Of a stretch of DNA of 64,000 bases, positions 63,095-64,000 are shown in pieces (the first letter of the stretch is position 1; every line of letters begins with the position of its first letter). The position numbers and the translations under genes were made by a program. Origin of the DNA: Dipteris shenzhenensis (Eukaryota); assembly GCA_047967505.1 (NCBI GenBank), contig CM106538.1. The stretch is one strand, 5' to 3'. The notes beneath the pieces were generated by a model. It ran no database searches. It saw only the letters and a program-made list of their open reading frames with translations, and was not told where the DNA came from.

Positions 63095-64000
63095 GTATCA
63101 GTTATTTGATTTTATGTGCACATGAGTATTGATTAGCAAAAGCTTTCCTGCTTTGATCTTATGCTTAATATGCTAAAGATAACATAGAGGACCAATGGAA
63201 AGTGCAGAATCAAAGATGACCAGATATTTGTCATTTAAAGACTTCTCGTGAATTGAGTTCATAAAAAATTAAATTACTTAAATAGAGTTATGAGTTGCAC
63301 CATTTTCAGGAATACAGCTTGTAGGAAAGCAGGGCAGGAATCCTTTATTATGTAAACTACAAATACATTTGATTCTTAGCCTGAAAGTATAGAACCAATT
63401 GTTTAGATGACTGTTGTCACCTAGCCAACGACCTGCCCTTTGACTATGTGCTTTCCATACCATGATTGATTCAAAGTTCAAACTGTTGGAATCGCAATTG
63501 CATATACACTCACATGCGATATAGACTGCAGCAATTCTAAATTACCATGGCTTATACAAATTCATGAATAGGAGAGGCAGATTATGACGCAGCAAAATAT
63601 CTTATATTAATCGACCAGGAGGGACAAAAACTCCTCGACTCTAATAGCCTCACCACTACTGTGGATTGTTGGCTTTACAACATGACAAAATTGACTCGAC
63701 TAGGGACCCTACGACCTTTATGAGCAGCTGCTCTACAGAGAGATGTAATTGACTCTCATCACGACAAAGAGAGTGAGCTCAAAGCTCTGATCTTTCTTTT
63801 CATGTTGAGCTACGCCGCCTTGACTAGAAGTTGCCAGAACCACCATGCAACCGCCTAGGCACCAAGTGCCATCCATGTAGTGGTTAGTTTCAAAGGTGGC
63901 CAATCACCCTCCTATTCCATGGTCCAATCACAATCAGGCTGCCAGCATAGAAGAATCACGTGCCACAAATATCTCCCCGCGAGGACCTATTCCAACAATC

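Noticed and set aside
63580-64000. Possible start of another TE at the window end
   Set aside because: Only a composition shift; no diagnostic termini or ORF visible.

Overview
Repeat-dominated eukaryotic (plant-type) DNA: a stack of nested, mostly decayed retrotransposons around a few host-gene exons. No prokaryotic features. Main contents: (1) two copies of one Ty1/Copia family (+ strand 1-1405; - strand 23435-28294) plus a + strand 3' end of the same family (22890-23434), and three further Copia relics; (2) two - strand L1-clade LINEs (1404-13865, split; 14590-20818), both abutting an AT-rich cassette with inverted ends; (3) a young 8.1 kb non-autonomous LTR element (2672-10807; GATGC TSD, near-identical 1.07 kb LTRs) whose interior is mostly two tandem-repeat arrays, with an older relative at 50551-52863; (4) a second LINE family whose three insertions all sit at (GT)n-AT sites (37447, 53287, 53992); (5) an internally deleted chromovirus Gypsy (54817-59787) and a hAT-type MITE (54414-54782); (6) a phase-consistent + strand exon chain (35059-36099, 62586-63094) implying a ~26.5 kb TE-filled intron of an unidentified gene or pseudogene. 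All alignments were made by eye and no database searches were run.
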